Shown here: positions 14,900 through 41,536 of the stretch, in pieces
How positions within the stretch are numbered: the first letter of the stretch is position 1
Layout: the number at the start of each line of letters is the position of its first letter
Assembly: GCF_009914755.1 (NCBI RefSeq)
Contig: NC_060933.1
From: the human T2T-CHM13v2.0 reference genome, Homo sapiens
Length of the DNA stretch: 64,000 nucleotides
Strand: one strand, 5' to 3'
Made by a program: the position numbers and the translations under genes
The notes under the pieces: model-generated
The model's database searches: none
What the model saw: the letters and a program-made list of their open reading frames with translations, nothing else
Told to the model about the DNA's origin: nothing

Positions 14900-15970
14900 T
14901 GGATGGATGTGAGGTCTCTGTGAAGCCTCTGGGCCAGATCTCTGAGGAGTATCTGTGAGGGGCATCTCACCTATGGTGAGGACGCTGTGTGAGCGCTGCA
15001 TGGGAGGCCTCAGTGCCAGGCTCCTGGTGAGAACTCTGAGTGAGGTCTCTGTGGAGCCTCAGTTTGAGGTTTCTGCATGAGTTCTGTGTGGAAAGTCTCT
15101 AAGAAATCCGAGTCAGTTTCTGTACGAGGCCTGTGAGGCCACATGAGGTCTCTGTGGGAGGACTCCATGGGGCAGCAAGAGGGCTCCATTGCCCCTTGTG
15201 AGGCCTCTGTATGAGGCCTTTGCAGAAGGTCTGTGTGGGAGGTATCTTCCAGAGGTCTCTGTGGGGTCTCTGTGGGAAGTCCCTGTGTGAAATCTGCGTG
15301 CTAGGTCTCTGTGTGAGGGACCATGGACTATATGAAGTCCCTGTGTGAGGACCCTGTGTGAGGACCCTGTGAAAGCCCTACAGAATCTCTGTGTGGAATG
15401 TTTGAGGGAATTCTATGTGAGAGGTTTCTGGGCAATGAGTGTGGAGCAACCTGAGGTCTGTGTGAGGAATCTATACAAGGTCTCTGTGGAGAGTGGGAGG
15501 TCTCCAGGCAAGGTCTCTGTGTGAGGAGGACTCTGAGAGAGGTCTCTGTGAGGCAGTGGGGGGTGCCGTGTGCCATTTCTGGGGCTGGAGGCCGGAGGTT
15601 GCAGTGAGCTGCATGAGTCTCTGCATGAGGTCCCTGTTTTATGACTCTGTGTGAAGTCTCTGAGGTCTTTGTGGGGTCTCTGTGTGAGATCTCCCTGTGA
15701 GAACCATGGAAGGTCTCTGACATTTGCGGGAGGTCTCTGTGGGACTGAGTGAAGTCTCTCAGCATGGCCTCTGTGGGGTTCTCTGGGTGAGGACTCTGGG
15801 AATCTCTGTGCTAGGTCTCTGTAGGGCACCATGAGGACTCTGAGAGCTCCGTGGGGTCTCTGTGGAGGCTACAGTGTGTCTCTCTCCGTGGCAGTGAGAG
15901 GTCCCAGTGTGCTCACTCTGTACGAGATATCTCTGTGAGGTTCCTGTGGGAGGTCTCCGTGGGTCTCTCC
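14900..15970. repeat. Degenerate G/T-rich simple repeat built on (GAGGTCTCTGTG)-like motifs
   Basis: Dozens of ctctgtg / tgtgagg / gaggtctc motifs with irregular spacing. Confidence 0.8.
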
Positions 15971-16977
15971 ATTGCTGGCCTCGCTGCATGTCATGGGAGA
16001 CTGAGCTGCAGAAGGGCTAAGGGGTTGTTGCTTCCTGTGTTCTTGCTGGTCTCTCAGCGTTGCCTGTGGCGCTTCTCCTGGCCTGAGCCATGGGCTCCAC
16101 GTCCAGCTCCTCCACATCCCAGAACTCGCGTCTTGGTTTCCTGAGGGAACCCAGCAGCAGCCAGGCATGGCCCATCCTCAGTGGTCAGGGTCCCAGCTCT
16201 GTGTCACACTCTCCTGAGCTCCCGGAGGACTGGGGCTGCTCTCTGCTCCAGGTCCCAGCTCCTCCTGCTGATCCTGGCTCCGCTGTCACCGCTGGGCCCA
16301 CCTTGGAGGCTGCTTCAGTTATCCGGGCCCCAGAGAGGACCTGGCCCCAGGAGAAGCCACAGGCTGGGGACTGTGCCCACTGCCCCCTGCACCCCGGTGC
16401 CGGCCAGTCCCACATGTTGGGGGCAGGGCCATTTCCATTGTCATCTAGATCAGTGGCACTGCCTGGCACTGGCCTCTCCACCATTGAAATGAGGCCCCCG
16501 GAAGTGGGCCTCTTGCACTCCTGTATGTGGCACAAGGCAGAGAAAACTCCCTCTAGAGACCTGGCTCCTCCTGTCCATGATTTGTGGAGACCTCCTGCTT
16601 TCCCATATGGACAGGGCCCAGAGAGGAGGAAAGCTGTGCTGAAAGCAGAGGGAGACAGCAGGGATGGCTCCTGTCCTGCCCATACCCTGCCCATTCTGGA
16701 CAGGTCACTTCCAGCTCCCTTGTATGTTCAAATCCTGCCTGCCTGCATCTTCCCTTGCTGGTCTCTGGGACAAGCAAGGATGTCAGGAGCCAGGGGAGAT
16801 TTGCTGTGTGACCCCAGCTCAGCTGCTGGGCCCTTGTAAGTCGCCACCTTTCCCCAGGGAGCAGTCCTGGGGCTACGTGTATATTAAAGGTCACCAGACT
16901 TCGACTCATGCCTGGGGTTCTCTAGTCCTTGCTTTTCCACCTATTGTCAACACATCCTTTAAAAAATTCAATAGGTA

Positions 16978-17272
16978 GGCCAGGCGCCATGGCTCATGCC
17001 TGTAATCCTAGCTCTTTGGGAGGCTGAGGCCAGTAGATCACCTGAGGCAAGGAGTTCGAGGCCAGCCTGGCCAACATAGCAAAACCCCGTCTCTACTAAA
17101 AATATAAAAATTAGTCGGGCATGGTGGTGGGTGCCTATCATCTCAGCCACTTGGGAGGCTGAGGCAGAAGAATCGCTTGAACCCAGGGGCCGGAGTTTGC
17201 AGTGAGCCAAGATTGCACTACTTCCCTCCAGCCTGGGCAAAACAGTGAAACTCTGTCTCAAAAAAAAAAAAA
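16978..17272 (+). mobile_element. AluS
   Basis: Full dimer, TSD aaa(a/g)ttcaatag. Confidence 0.9.
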
Positions 17273-18424
17273 GTTCAATAGATTATTATGTGCAAGCTTA
17301 TCGAAGATGTTAAGAAATTCATCTTCCTTATTCACTTTGCCTTCTCACTAATATGGCCCTCTGTGTTGGGGGTAAATGTGGTTTTTCTAGGGGTCTGTGA
17401 TCTGGGAGCTGGAGCAGAGACAGACCCTGGGGTGTGGCCAGGATGAGACACTAGGCCCCTCTAGGCCTGTCTAAGGGGTTGGAATGTCAGAGTCTCCTGG
17501 CTCACGGCACCACTGATGGCTCCCTCACACACGCCACTTTGCCTCCTTTTCAATTCTCTGTCTGCATCCCCTGTAGCTCTACAGAGTCCCACCATCAGAA
17601 GCCTCTGCATACACAGGCATACCCTACTCCATTCACCCAGAACTACTTCACTGAAGCTGAGAGACATGTAGGTGAGATAGACAAAGGCCGGTGACCCAGG
17701 AGCAGGGTCATTCATTCATCTGGGGCAGGGGAGTTCACGGCCCTCAGCAACCTCCATAAAGGCTGCCCCCCTGACCCCCTAGCCCCCACCTACACATGCA
17801 CAGAGCTGGAAGGTCTGTCCCCACTGCCACTCCAGAGTGCGAGAAAGGGAGAGGCAGTGGGATGGGGACTCTCTGCTTTGCATGTTGGCTGAGCTAAGAG
17901 AGCCCATCTCCATCCCAGCCTTTGTCAGGGAGAGAAGGGGCTTCCCAGGGGCAGACGTTATCTATTCTCCACCAGGATACCCAGGGTCAAGACTTCTCCC
18001 ACTTCTAAACTCAGGGCCCAGCACTCTCCCACCCAAACTTCCACTATTTTGTGACACATGAAGGTACTCGGCTGTGGCACTTCCTGGAGCCTGCATGGAG
18101 ATGTTCAGTCCCGTGACATCTCTGCAAACCTTCTCCCTACAGTTGCATGAAGTTTGAGGTAGAGTAAGTAGTGGAAAGATGGGTTGAACCTTATTTCAGA
18201 GTGGGACCTTCATAGGTTTTTCTCATCTTGTTTTTAGAATTTTTTGTTGTTTGTGTAAAGACGGTATTACGGAAACATAAGGTTCAGTGAAGGAACTCAG
18301 GATGAAGGTGGGCTTACAGCACCACTGTCAACATCCCTCCATGTCCTGTCGCTTCTGGAAACCAAGCCCACACCAAGCATGGCACAAATAAAAGCCATCA
18401 CCCTCTTATGAATAAAAAACCATA

Positions 18425-18430
18425 TATATT
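18425..18430 (-). terminator. Candidate non-canonical poly(A) signal AATATA of SPATA31A
   Basis: No AATAAA or ATTAAA on the minus strand just after the stop; AATATA lies about 130 nt downstream, followed by a T-rich tract. Confidence 0.45.
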
Positions 18431-18558
18431 GTGGAATATTAAATGTTCTGCATGTACTAACATGAGAGAAAATATTTTTTCTCTACATAGAGTGAATTTT
18501 TTCTTGGGGACTTGTTTTTCTCCAGGGAAGGCTAAAAAAGAATTTGTGACTGACCAAA

Positions 18559-24850
<6,292 letters not shown>

Positions 24851-25254
24851 TACCCCCCAAGCTGGGGATCCCTCCACCATCCCACCTTCTAGATCCCTCC
24901 TTCCCACTAAGTTTTGTCAGTGATAGCCAATTTTCTATTCTTTCTCCCTGGAATATAGATATTACCTGGTTCCTTTTATCTGTTGGAGACGGTGGCTTGA
25001 GGTTACCTATTTTATAGCCCTTGAAAATCTGAAGTTCTGAAATTTTGGCTATGTACCAGGGATTTTTATTCTCAGAATCTCGTTCATCCTCAACTCCAGC
25101 TTTTCCACACTATGTTTTTGTCTTGTATCAATCCAGGGACAAAATGTAAATTTCTTTTACTCTTATTTAGTTTTGCAAATTTTGAATAGTAAGTTTTAAA
25201 AAATTATTTCTATCTCACTTTCAATCAAAGGGAACTACCCACATACAATTAAGA

Positions 25255-26557
25255 TTTTTTTTTGTCTTTTAAAATTTTATTTATGTACTTATGTATTTAT
25301 TTTATTTTAACTTTCGGGATACATGTGCAGGACATGCAGTTTTCTTACATAGGCAAATATGTACCATGGTGATTTGCTGCACCTATCAACCCATCACTTA
25401 GGTATTAAACCCAGCATGCATTAGCTATTTTTCCTGATGCTCTCCCTACCACCGGCCCTCCCTCGACAGGTGCCAGGGTGTGTTGTTTCCCTCCCGGTGT
25501 CCATATGTTCTCATTGTTCGGCTCCCACTTGTAAGTGAGAACATGTGGTATTTGGTTTTCTGTTCCTGTGTTAGTTTGCTGAGGATAATGGCTTCCAGCT
25601 TCATCCATGTCCCCGCAAAGGACTTGATCTCATTCCTTTTTATGGCTGCATAGTATTCCATGGTGTATATGTACCACATTTTATTTATCCAGTCTATCAT
25701 TGGTGGGCATTGGGTTGATTCCATGTCTTTGCTATTGGGAACAGTGCTGCAATAAACATACACGTGCATGTATCTTTGTAATAGAATGATTTATATTCCT
25801 TTGGATATGCAATAATGGTATATCTGCCACAGCCTCTGTACTGCACTGTGGGGAATTCTGCCCAGCGCAAACCACCCAGTCTCCCTAGCACTGGTGGGGG
25901 AAAACCACCGGCTAGACCCGCAGTAATGGTGGTCACCCTTCCCCCCAGGAACTTGGTCTTCTTAGGCAGACTCCAGGTGCTGTGCTAGCCAGTGGGGATT
26001 CCATGCCAGTGGGTCTTAGCTTGTGGGGTTCTGTGGGAGTGGGTCTGCTTGGCTCCCTGGCTTCAGCCCTCTTCTCATGGGAGTTGATGGATCTCCTGCT
26101 TCACTGGATTACTGCGAGCCACCAGAGTACACAGAAACTCCTACAGCTCAGTACCTGCCCAAGTGGCTGCCAGCTGGAGCCCCTGCTATGGGTCTGCACA
26201 GCTTTGTGCTTGGGACCCAAGGCCCTGGTGGTGTGGACTCACAAAGGGATTACCTGTTCTGGGGTTTGCAAAAATCTGTGGGTAAAGCACAGTTCTCCGG
26301 GTGGGTAGCACAATCCCTCACTGCCTCCCTTGGCTGGAGGAGGGAGGTCTCTTTGCCCTGTGTAGCTCTTGGGTGAACTGTCGCCCAACTCTGCTTTTCC
26401 TTGCACTCCATGGGTCACACCAACTGCCTAGTCAGTCCCAATGAGGGAATCTGGATACCTCAGTTAGAAATGCAGAATTCACTCGCTGTTTATGTTTGTC
26501 TCAGTGGGGGCTGCAGAGTAGAGCTGTTTCTACTCAACCATCTTGGCCCCTCCCCCC
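25255..26557 (-). mobile_element. L1PA (older primate) with 5'UTR fused directly to 3' end; ORF1 and most of ORF2 missing
   Basis: 3' end and poly(A) 25255-25820 (ORF2 C-terminus WYIYTMEYYAAIK); 5'UTR 25821-26557 beginning GGGGGGAGGGGCCAAGATGG. Confidence 0.85.
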
Positions 26558-26697
26558 AATTAAAATAATTAATATTCAAAATTTGTAATTCTAATTATGA
26601 AACAGTTATAAGTAGTTAAACCTTCAAGTGGTATTTCTGTAAATGTGTAGCATTTACAGTTCTGGACTTGGTAGTGCTTAAAGTGCACGATAACTTA

Positions 26698-29318
<2,621 letters not shown>

Positions 29319-29857
29319 TATATGTATGCATGCACACACCAGTACGCATCCACCTATCCACACACAAATCTTTGTACAAACAAATCCTGTATTTTCAATT
29401 CCAACAATACATCATTTACACCTTAAAAATATCTGTCAACCTTGTAGTATCTTTTCTGTCTTTGTTATCAGGGTAATGCTGGCCTCATAAAAAATGTTTG
29501 TATTCCCTCCTCTTCAACTTTTGGAAGAGTTTGTGAAGAAATGGTACTAATTCTTCTTTAAACATTTGCTAGACTTCTCCACTAAGCTATCTGGTCTTGG
29601 ATTTTCCTTTTTCAGGAGCTTTTTGACCACTGACTCAATATTTTTACTCATTATTTGTGTTGATTTTCTATTTCTTCATGTTTCAATCTTAGGGGATGTA
29701 TGTTTCTAGAAATTTCTCTATTTCTTCTAAGTTAAACAATTTGTTGACACATAGTTGTTTAGACTGTTATTATCCTTTGTATTTCTATGGTACCAATTTT
29801 AATATCTGCTTTTTTGTTCTAATTTTATTTATTTGAGGCTTTTCTCTTTTTTCTTAG

Positions 29858-30188
<331 letters not shown>

Positions 30189-31435
30189 ATTATGTTTTCA
30201 AAAAATCAGCTTTTTGTTTCATTGATCTTTTCTATTGTTTTTCTAGTGTATTTCATTTACTTCTGCTATCATCTTTGTTATTTCCTTCCTTCTTCTAATT
30301 TTGGGCTTCATTTTTTTTCTTTTCTATTTCTTTGAGGTTTATTGTTTATTTGAGATCTTTTTTCTTCATTTAGCACTTAACCTGTATAAACTTCCCTGTT
30401 AGAATTGCTTTTGCTTCATCTCATAAGTTTTAGTATGTTGTGCTTTCATTTTAGTTTGTCTCAAGATATTTTATTTCTTTTTTGATGTTTTCTTTGATCT
30501 ATTGGTTGCTCAGGAGTGTGTTGGTTGATTTCCACATATTTGTCACTTTTCTAAGTTTTCTCCTGTTTTTAATTTTCAGTTTCATGCCACTGTGGTCAAA
30601 AAGAATACTTGATAAGATTTCAATCTTCTTAAATTTGCTAAGACTTGTTTTCTGGCCCAATATATGACCTGTGTAGGAGAATGTACTGTGTATGCTCAAG
30701 AAGAATGTGTATTTTGCTGTTTTGGAAAGTAATGTCCCGTATATGTCTGGTCCATTTGATCTATAGTGTAGTTCAAGTCATCTGTTTCCTTATTGATTAT
30801 CTGTCTGAGTGATCAATCTATTGTTGAAAGTGGGATATGGAAGTCCCCAACTGTTATTGTATTATTGTTGTCACTTCTCTCTTCAGATTTGTTAATATTT
30901 GCTTTATACAATTAGGTGTTCCAATGTTGGGAGAATATATATTTGTAGTAATTATATCCTCTTGATGAATTGACCCTTGTATCATTCTATAATGACTTTC
31001 TTTCCCTCTTGTTACAGTTTTTGACTTAAAGTCTATTTTGTTTGTTGTAAGAATAGCTACTCTTTCTTTTTTTTGTTCCCTGTCTTTCCTTTCAGTCTAT
31101 GTGTGTCTCTAAAGGTGAAGTGAATCTCTTATAGGCGGCATATATTTGGTTATTGTTTTACTGTCCATTCAGCCACTCTGTGTCTTTTCTAATTTGGTCC
31201 ACTGAAATTTAAAGTAACTATTGATAGGCATTTTGCAGTTTCTTTGTTCTTTTATTTCTCTCTTGCTGTGCATGATTTGATTATTTTGATTATTTTCTGT
31301 AGTGGTATACTTTGATTCTTTTCTGTGTCTTTGTATTAATTCTTTTTTAAACATGTGGTAAAATTTTCATTTGTGTAACTATTACATGTTTTGTCTTTGT
31401 GATTATCCTGAGGCTTCCATAAAACATCATATGCT

Positions 31436-31775
31436 CTCATGTGCCACATAAGGATGTTTTGGTCAATGATGGGCCACATATACAACGGTGGCCCTGTAAG
31501 GTTATAACATTTTTATTGTATCTTTTATATGTTTAGATACATTTGGATACACAAATGCTTATCATTGTATTATAATTGCCTATAGCATTCAGTATAGTAC
31601 AATGCTGTACAGATTTGTAGCCTGGAAGCAATAGGTTATACCATATAGCCTGGGTGTGTAGTAGGTGGTATTATCTAATTTCGTGTAAGTATACTCTATG
31701 ATATTCACACCATGACAAAATTGCATAATGAGGTATTATTCAGAACATATCCACATTAAGAAATATATGATTATA
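31436..31775 (+). mobile_element. Tigger3-type MITE
   Basis: catgtgccacataaggatgttttggtcaatgatgggccacatatac matches the Tigger3 terminus. Confidence 0.7.
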
Positions 31776-32418
31776 GTTATAATGGTCTATTTTAAGTTGA
31801 TAACAACTTAACTTCAAGCATATACAAAACCCTACACTTTACTCCCCTCCACTTTTTATGTTTTTTTGATGTCAGCGTTTATTTCTTTGTTTATTTTGTA
31901 GTTATATTTATTTGTAATATTTTTTGTCTTTTAACCTTTTAAAAGTTAAAGTGATTATACTCCATCATTACAGTATTAGGAATATTTTGAATTTGACTGT
32001 ATAGTTACTTTTACTGGTGACTTTTTATAACTACATATGTTTTCGTGATGCTAATTAGTCTTATTGCATTTCAGTTTGAAGAACTCCCTTTAGAATTTCT
32101 TATAAAGCAGGTCTAGTGACAATGGACTCCCTTAGATTATTTTGGGGGGTTTCTGAAAAAGTCTGTAAGTCCTAGCCAGAGCAATTAGGTAAGAAAAAGA
32201 AATAAAAGGCATCCAAACTGGAAAAGAAGTGAAAGTGTCTCTATTTGAAGATGACATGATCTCATATAGAGAAAATTCTAAAGGCTCCAATTAAAAACTG
32301 TTAAAATTAAGAAACAAGCAAATTTGCAGAACACATAATTAACATTAAAAAAAAACCTGTTACGTTTTTATATACTAATAGTTGAGTATCCCAGAAAGAA
32401 ATTAACAAAACAATCTCG

Positions 32419-32680
32419 GGCCGGGCACAGTGGCTCACGCCTGTAATCCCAGCACTTTGGGAGTCTGAGGTGGGCAGATCACAAGGTCAAGAGATCGAGA
32501 CCATCTTGGCTAACATGGAGAAACCCTGTCTCTACTAAAAATACAAAAAATTAGCTGGGCGTGGTGGCAGGAGGCTGAGGCAGGAGATTGGTGTGAACCC
32601 GGGAGTCAGAGCTTGCAGTGAGCCAAGATCACACCACTGCACTCCAGCCTGGGCGACAGAGTGAGAGTCCGTCTGAAAGA
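32419..32680 (+). mobile_element. AluY with small internal deletion
   Basis: Lacks the gcctgtagtcccagctact segment. Confidence 0.88.
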
Positions 32681-33550
32681 ACACAATCTCATTTACAATA
32701 GCATCAAAAAATTAACTACTTAGGAAGAAATTTAAATAAGACAGTAAAATTTGTATATACCAAAAACTATAAAACACTGATGAAAGAATTTGAAGAAGAT
32801 ACATATCCCTATTACTCAGAGCGATCTATAGATATAAAGCAACCCCATCAAAATTTCAATGGCATTTTTCAAAGAAATGGAAAAAAGCAGTTCTAAAATT
32901 TTTATGCAACCTCAAATGACCCCAAACAGTCAAAACATCCTTCAGCAGAAAAAACAAAAGTGGAAGCATCACATTACCTTATTCCAAACTAAATTATAAA
33001 GCTGTAGTAATCAAAATAGTATGCTACTAGCATAAAAACAGACATGTAGGCCAAGGGAACAGAATAGAGAGCATAGAAAGAAATAAATCCATGACTTTAC
33101 AATCAATTGATCTCTAGCATTGGTGCCAAGAGTACACAATGATAAAATTTAGTCTCTTTATTAAATGGTGTTGGGAAAACTGGATATCCACATGCAGAAG
33201 AATGAAACTGAACCCTTATCTCACTGTACATACAAAAATTGTCTCAAAATGGATGAAAGACCTCAACAAAGGACCAATATTGTAAGACTCTTAGATATAA
33301 ATATCGGAGAAAAGCTCCTTGATACTGGTATTGGTAATAAATTTTCAGATTTGATACCAAAAGTATAGACAACAAAAGCAAAACTAGACAAATGGGAGTA
33401 AATCAAACTAAAAGCTTCAGCGCAGCAAAGGAGACAACCAATACAATGAAAAGATAACCTAAAGAATGGGAGAAAATATTTACACACTATACATCTGATA
33501 AGAAGTTAATATCCAAATAAATTAGGAACTCAGACAATTCCAAAGGATCT

Positions 33551-36132
<2,582 letters not shown>

Positions 36133-36577
36133 GACCTGAAGAGATAAATTTCTAAAGGACATACGATTGACAATAGGTATATATTAAGAAAAAGATGTTT
36201 GCCATCACTAATCATCAGGAAAATGCACAATGAGATATCACCTCACATCTATTAGGATGGCTTTTATAACAGTATAAAGGTAACAAATGTTGCTGAGGAT
36301 ATTGAGAAACAGAAACCCTTGTGCTTAGTTGATAGTTGATGGGAATGTAAATTGGTACAGCCATTACAGACAACAGTATGGAGTTTCCTCAAAAAATTAA
36401 AAATGGAACTCCCATATAATCCAGCAATCTCACATCTGGGTATATATCCAAAGTAAAGAAAATCACTATCTCAGAGAGATATATATACTTACATGTTTAT
36501 TACAGTGTTATTTACACAGCCAAGGTATGGAAACTACCTGTGTCCATTGACAGATGAATGGATGTTTTAAATGTATT

Positions 36578-36609
36578 ACACACACACACACACACAGACA
36601 CACACACAT
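36578..36609. repeat. (CA)n microsatellite
   Basis: Read directly from the sequence. Confidence 0.95.
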
Positions 36610-37333
36610 ATGTAATGGAATATCATTTAGCCTTTAAAAATGAGGAAATACTGCCATTTGTAACAAGATGGATAAACCTGGAGTTTATTATGGTAAGTAA
36701 AATAAGCCAGGAACAGATGCAAAAAAATCCTGCATGATTTCACTTATATGCATACTAAGAAAATGTCAAACTCATGGTAACAGAGTAAAATAGTGCTTAC
36801 TAGGGCCTGGGAGTTGGGGGAAAAGAAAAAATGTTTGTCAGAAAGTACAAACTTTCAGTGATAAGATGAATAAGTTCTGGAGATCTAATGTACAGCATAG
36901 TGACTAAAGTCAATAATAATGTATACTTGAAATTTGCTGAAAGAGTAGATCTCAAGTGTTCTCCACCACACAAACACAAATAAAAAGGTAACCAGGTGAG
37001 GTGATGAATATGTTAGCTTGATTGTGGTAATCATCACTTCACAATGTATATGTATATCAAAATATCACACTGCATACCTTAACTATATACAATTTTTCTT
37101 TGTTAATCAATAAAACTGGCAAAAATATCTTTTACATGTTGCCTTGACTCCATTTCTTATTTTGTCAAAATAGATAGTCCTCACTGTTTGCATAAGTTTA
37201 GAAACTTGTGCTACATCCAGAAGTCAGGAGTGCGGTAGGGTGAACTAAGTTACTGATTCTTTAGGAACCTTAGGGTGTGAGGTGGGACTGGAGTTCAAGG
37301 TCTAGGAGCTCAGTCTGGTCTTGAGCAGCTTCT

Positions 37334-37640
37334 TTTTTATTTTGTTTTGTTTTGCTTTGAGACTGGGTCTCACATTCTTGCCCAGGCTGGAGTGCAGTGG
37401 CAAAATCTGGGCTCTCTGTAACCTCCGCCTCCCGGGCTCAAGCAATCCTCTCACCTCAGCCTCCCATGTAACGGGAACCACAGGCATGTGCCACTATGGC
37501 TAGCGAATTTTTTTGTATTTTTGGTAGAGATGGGGTTTCCCTTGCTGCCCAGGCTGGTCCTGAACTCCTGAGCTCAGGTGATCCACCCACCTTGGCCTCC
37601 CATAGTGCTGGGATTACAGGTATGAGCCACCATGCCTGGC
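37334..37640 (-). mobile_element. AluJ
   Basis: gggctcaagcaatcctctcacc (J-type). Confidence 0.85.
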
Positions 37641-40132
37641 CATGAGCAGCCTCTTCTGATATCCCTAGTGTGTTCTGTACACATTTTCTTTGTCTGAATG
37701 CGCCTTTCCTTTCTCTCTATTGGTCTACAGATTTTTTCCTTCTTTAGGATATTATTAACTTGAATTCAAATTTTTATCAAAAATTGGACCTAGCTCTTTT
37801 TATTCATATTTTCCTGCTATATTTTTTACACTAATTTATTTTCGATAGGTTTTATTGAGTGTTTTTTTGACACTTAAAAATTTTACCTGACAATCTTAAC
37901 CTTTGATTTATGTAATTATTGTTCCATTATGAGTTATTTCTGTCATCTCATTTTATGATTTTTCATACTTTCTTTACTGTTTATTTTTTCCTATTGTACC
38001 TTTCACTCTATAGATCAAATCTTTTTCTATTTGTTTGAAATCTGGAAATTTTTAACATTGTAATGGTGGTTATATCATTATTTATGTTAATTTTCTCAAT
38101 TTCTGATATGTGTCAAAATTAATATCATCTCAGCAAACAAGATAAGTGCTCTAGCTTCCTCTTGCCACCTCTGGTTTGCTTTCTCTGTTACGACAGCACT
38201 TTGTCTAAGGGGGTGCTTTCTGAAGTTTACTTGGGGTTGTTTTCAATATGTTATGTTTTCATTTATTTTTTAGAGTATGATAAACACCACTACCATTGAT
38301 TCTGGAACCCTCAATTCTAACACCACGGTGTATTTCTCTTCTTAGTGGAGTATGACCTCTAAGCATTTTCAAAGGGATTTATTTGAAATAAAACTTTTGA
38401 GGCCTTACTTTTTAATGTCTTTTTCTGGGCTTTCATATTTAAAAGATTGTGGCTGCAAATAATTCAAGGATTAAAATTGGTTTCCTTTTAATCCTTGAAA
38501 AATATTACTTCATTTTATTCTTGTCTCCAGCATTGCTGTTGGAAAGGCTGACACCAATCAAAACCAATTTTTCCCTAAAGGATGATCTGTCTTCTCATCA
38601 TTTTGACAGGATGTAACAAAACAAAGGAGTCTTCAATGTTCTGAGTATAAATCATTTTGCAATTATAAACTTAACTTAATATTAATGCAATACAAAAAGA
38701 ATTAAAACCTTCTTGAGACATGCAAGTGCACAGGAAAATTAAGTATCATGCACTCATTCAGGAAGAAAAGGTGCAAAAGAAATTTAATGAAAGAGATGGT
38801 CGTTAGATGCAAGTGTGGCTGAATGTAGGGATGCGATGCTGACACGTGGCAGCAGGCCTGGCAAGCTGTCTATCCCAATTCAACTACTTCAGAAAGAGAA
38901 GAATATTAACTAGGCTATCTTGGTGATGTGCTGAAAAAAGTGCTGTGTTTCCTTTTTAATCATTCAAAACAAAGGTAGTAAAATTCCCGGGAAATAAGAA
39001 ATAATGCATCATAAATGTATAAAAGTTGAGGAAAATACTATATTTTTATGAATTTAAAATGCCATCTCATTTAGATTGTTATGTCTTTTCAGAAGTGCTT
39101 TAAAATTGATGGCACATAGTAAAAAATGGCATAAATTCCAACAATTAATGGAAAAACATTAATCCATCTTCTTGAGTCTTGGAACCAGGATTCTTTTGGG
39201 AGGCTTCGGTGTATCTGTGTATCATTTCATTGCCTTCACACAAATCAAATCACGCCACCTGCGACTGTGGTTTGAAAAAAAAAGAAAACATAATAATGAT
39301 GCTGTCAATTCACTTGAGATTCCATGATCAAAATTAACCTACGAACAAAGCACAGACTTTATTATAATTACAAAATAGGATGTAATTTACATAAAATGTG
39401 AAAATATAAGCATAGAACGAAATTTGATACAAGTCGAAAGCTATGACAGGGACTGTTGGAGGGGAGGGAAGTTGTACACTAATCTCCACATCCTACTGAG
39501 CCAATCAGTGGTGTTCAAATTGGATGGACCATATATTATCTAAACAGTATATTATTTAAGCAAAGAATTAAGCACTGTAAGTATATTATTTAGAGAAAGC
39601 AAATTTTTAAAAAATCCCATAAAATTATATATTAAAGACTAAATTGGAAATATAGTTTTAGAAGAAGAAAGTAGGGTAAATGAGCTATATTCTCTACCGT
39701 TCATAAAAAGTCAAGGGATATTACTTAAAATTGTTAAAACAAAATTAGGTGATTGTATAATATTATTTACAGTTCAAGAGAATAGCATATAGTAAAAAAA
39801 GAAAATGATAAACCTTGTCTAACTCTGAAAAACAGGACCAAGGTCTATGGAAGGAAAAAAAAAAGTTTCTGGTTTTCACTGGTTTTTTGCCCATCAAACT
39901 GTTTGAATGATTTTCAATGCACATGTGTTGGTTTAATTTTAAAATGTTCTTACTTACAGATCCCCTTGAATTACGTGTAAAATTAGGTTTCCTTTAGTCA
40001 ATGGTGTATGAAAAGTAATCAACTCATCTAATTGAAGTTAGACATTAATAAATAATAAATTGGGGAGAACATAAATATACTCATTAAAAACAACCAGAAC
40101 ATAGCACTTGGCTCTATGTTCTGCTTATCTAG

Positions 40133-40492
<360 letters not shown>

Positions 40493-40663
40493 GGAGTTTC
40501 ACATTTTCTGAAAAATGTTAGAAATAAAAATGCAAGTGTTTCACTTAGATAAAGCTCTCATAATCACTGGTAGACTAAAGTCAATTTAGATTACCATTTA
40601 TATTTTCAAATTTATAATATGACCAATATTGCCATCAAAATGTTCAGGCACAGAATGGTTTAA

Positions 40664-41061
<398 letters not shown>

Positions 41062-41213
41062 ATGGTTGGAGCATCTTACCAAGGAACTATACTTGTAGTT
41101 TTTGAGTGGAAACAAGGGAGAAATTTTATTCATGCCTTGACCTAATTAATAATGCGTAACTAGATTCTGATGGCCGTTATCAATAGAACTGTCATCCGAT
41201 TCAAAGAGCACTG

Positions 41214-41536
<323 letters not shown>

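Noticed and set aside
16090-16839. 249-aa plus-strand ORF and overlapping ORFs
   Set aside because: GC-rich region with ORFs in many frames on both strands, P/S/G/A-rich, no recognisable domain; probably stop-codon scarcity. A BLAST search would be needed to exclude a pseudogene fragment.
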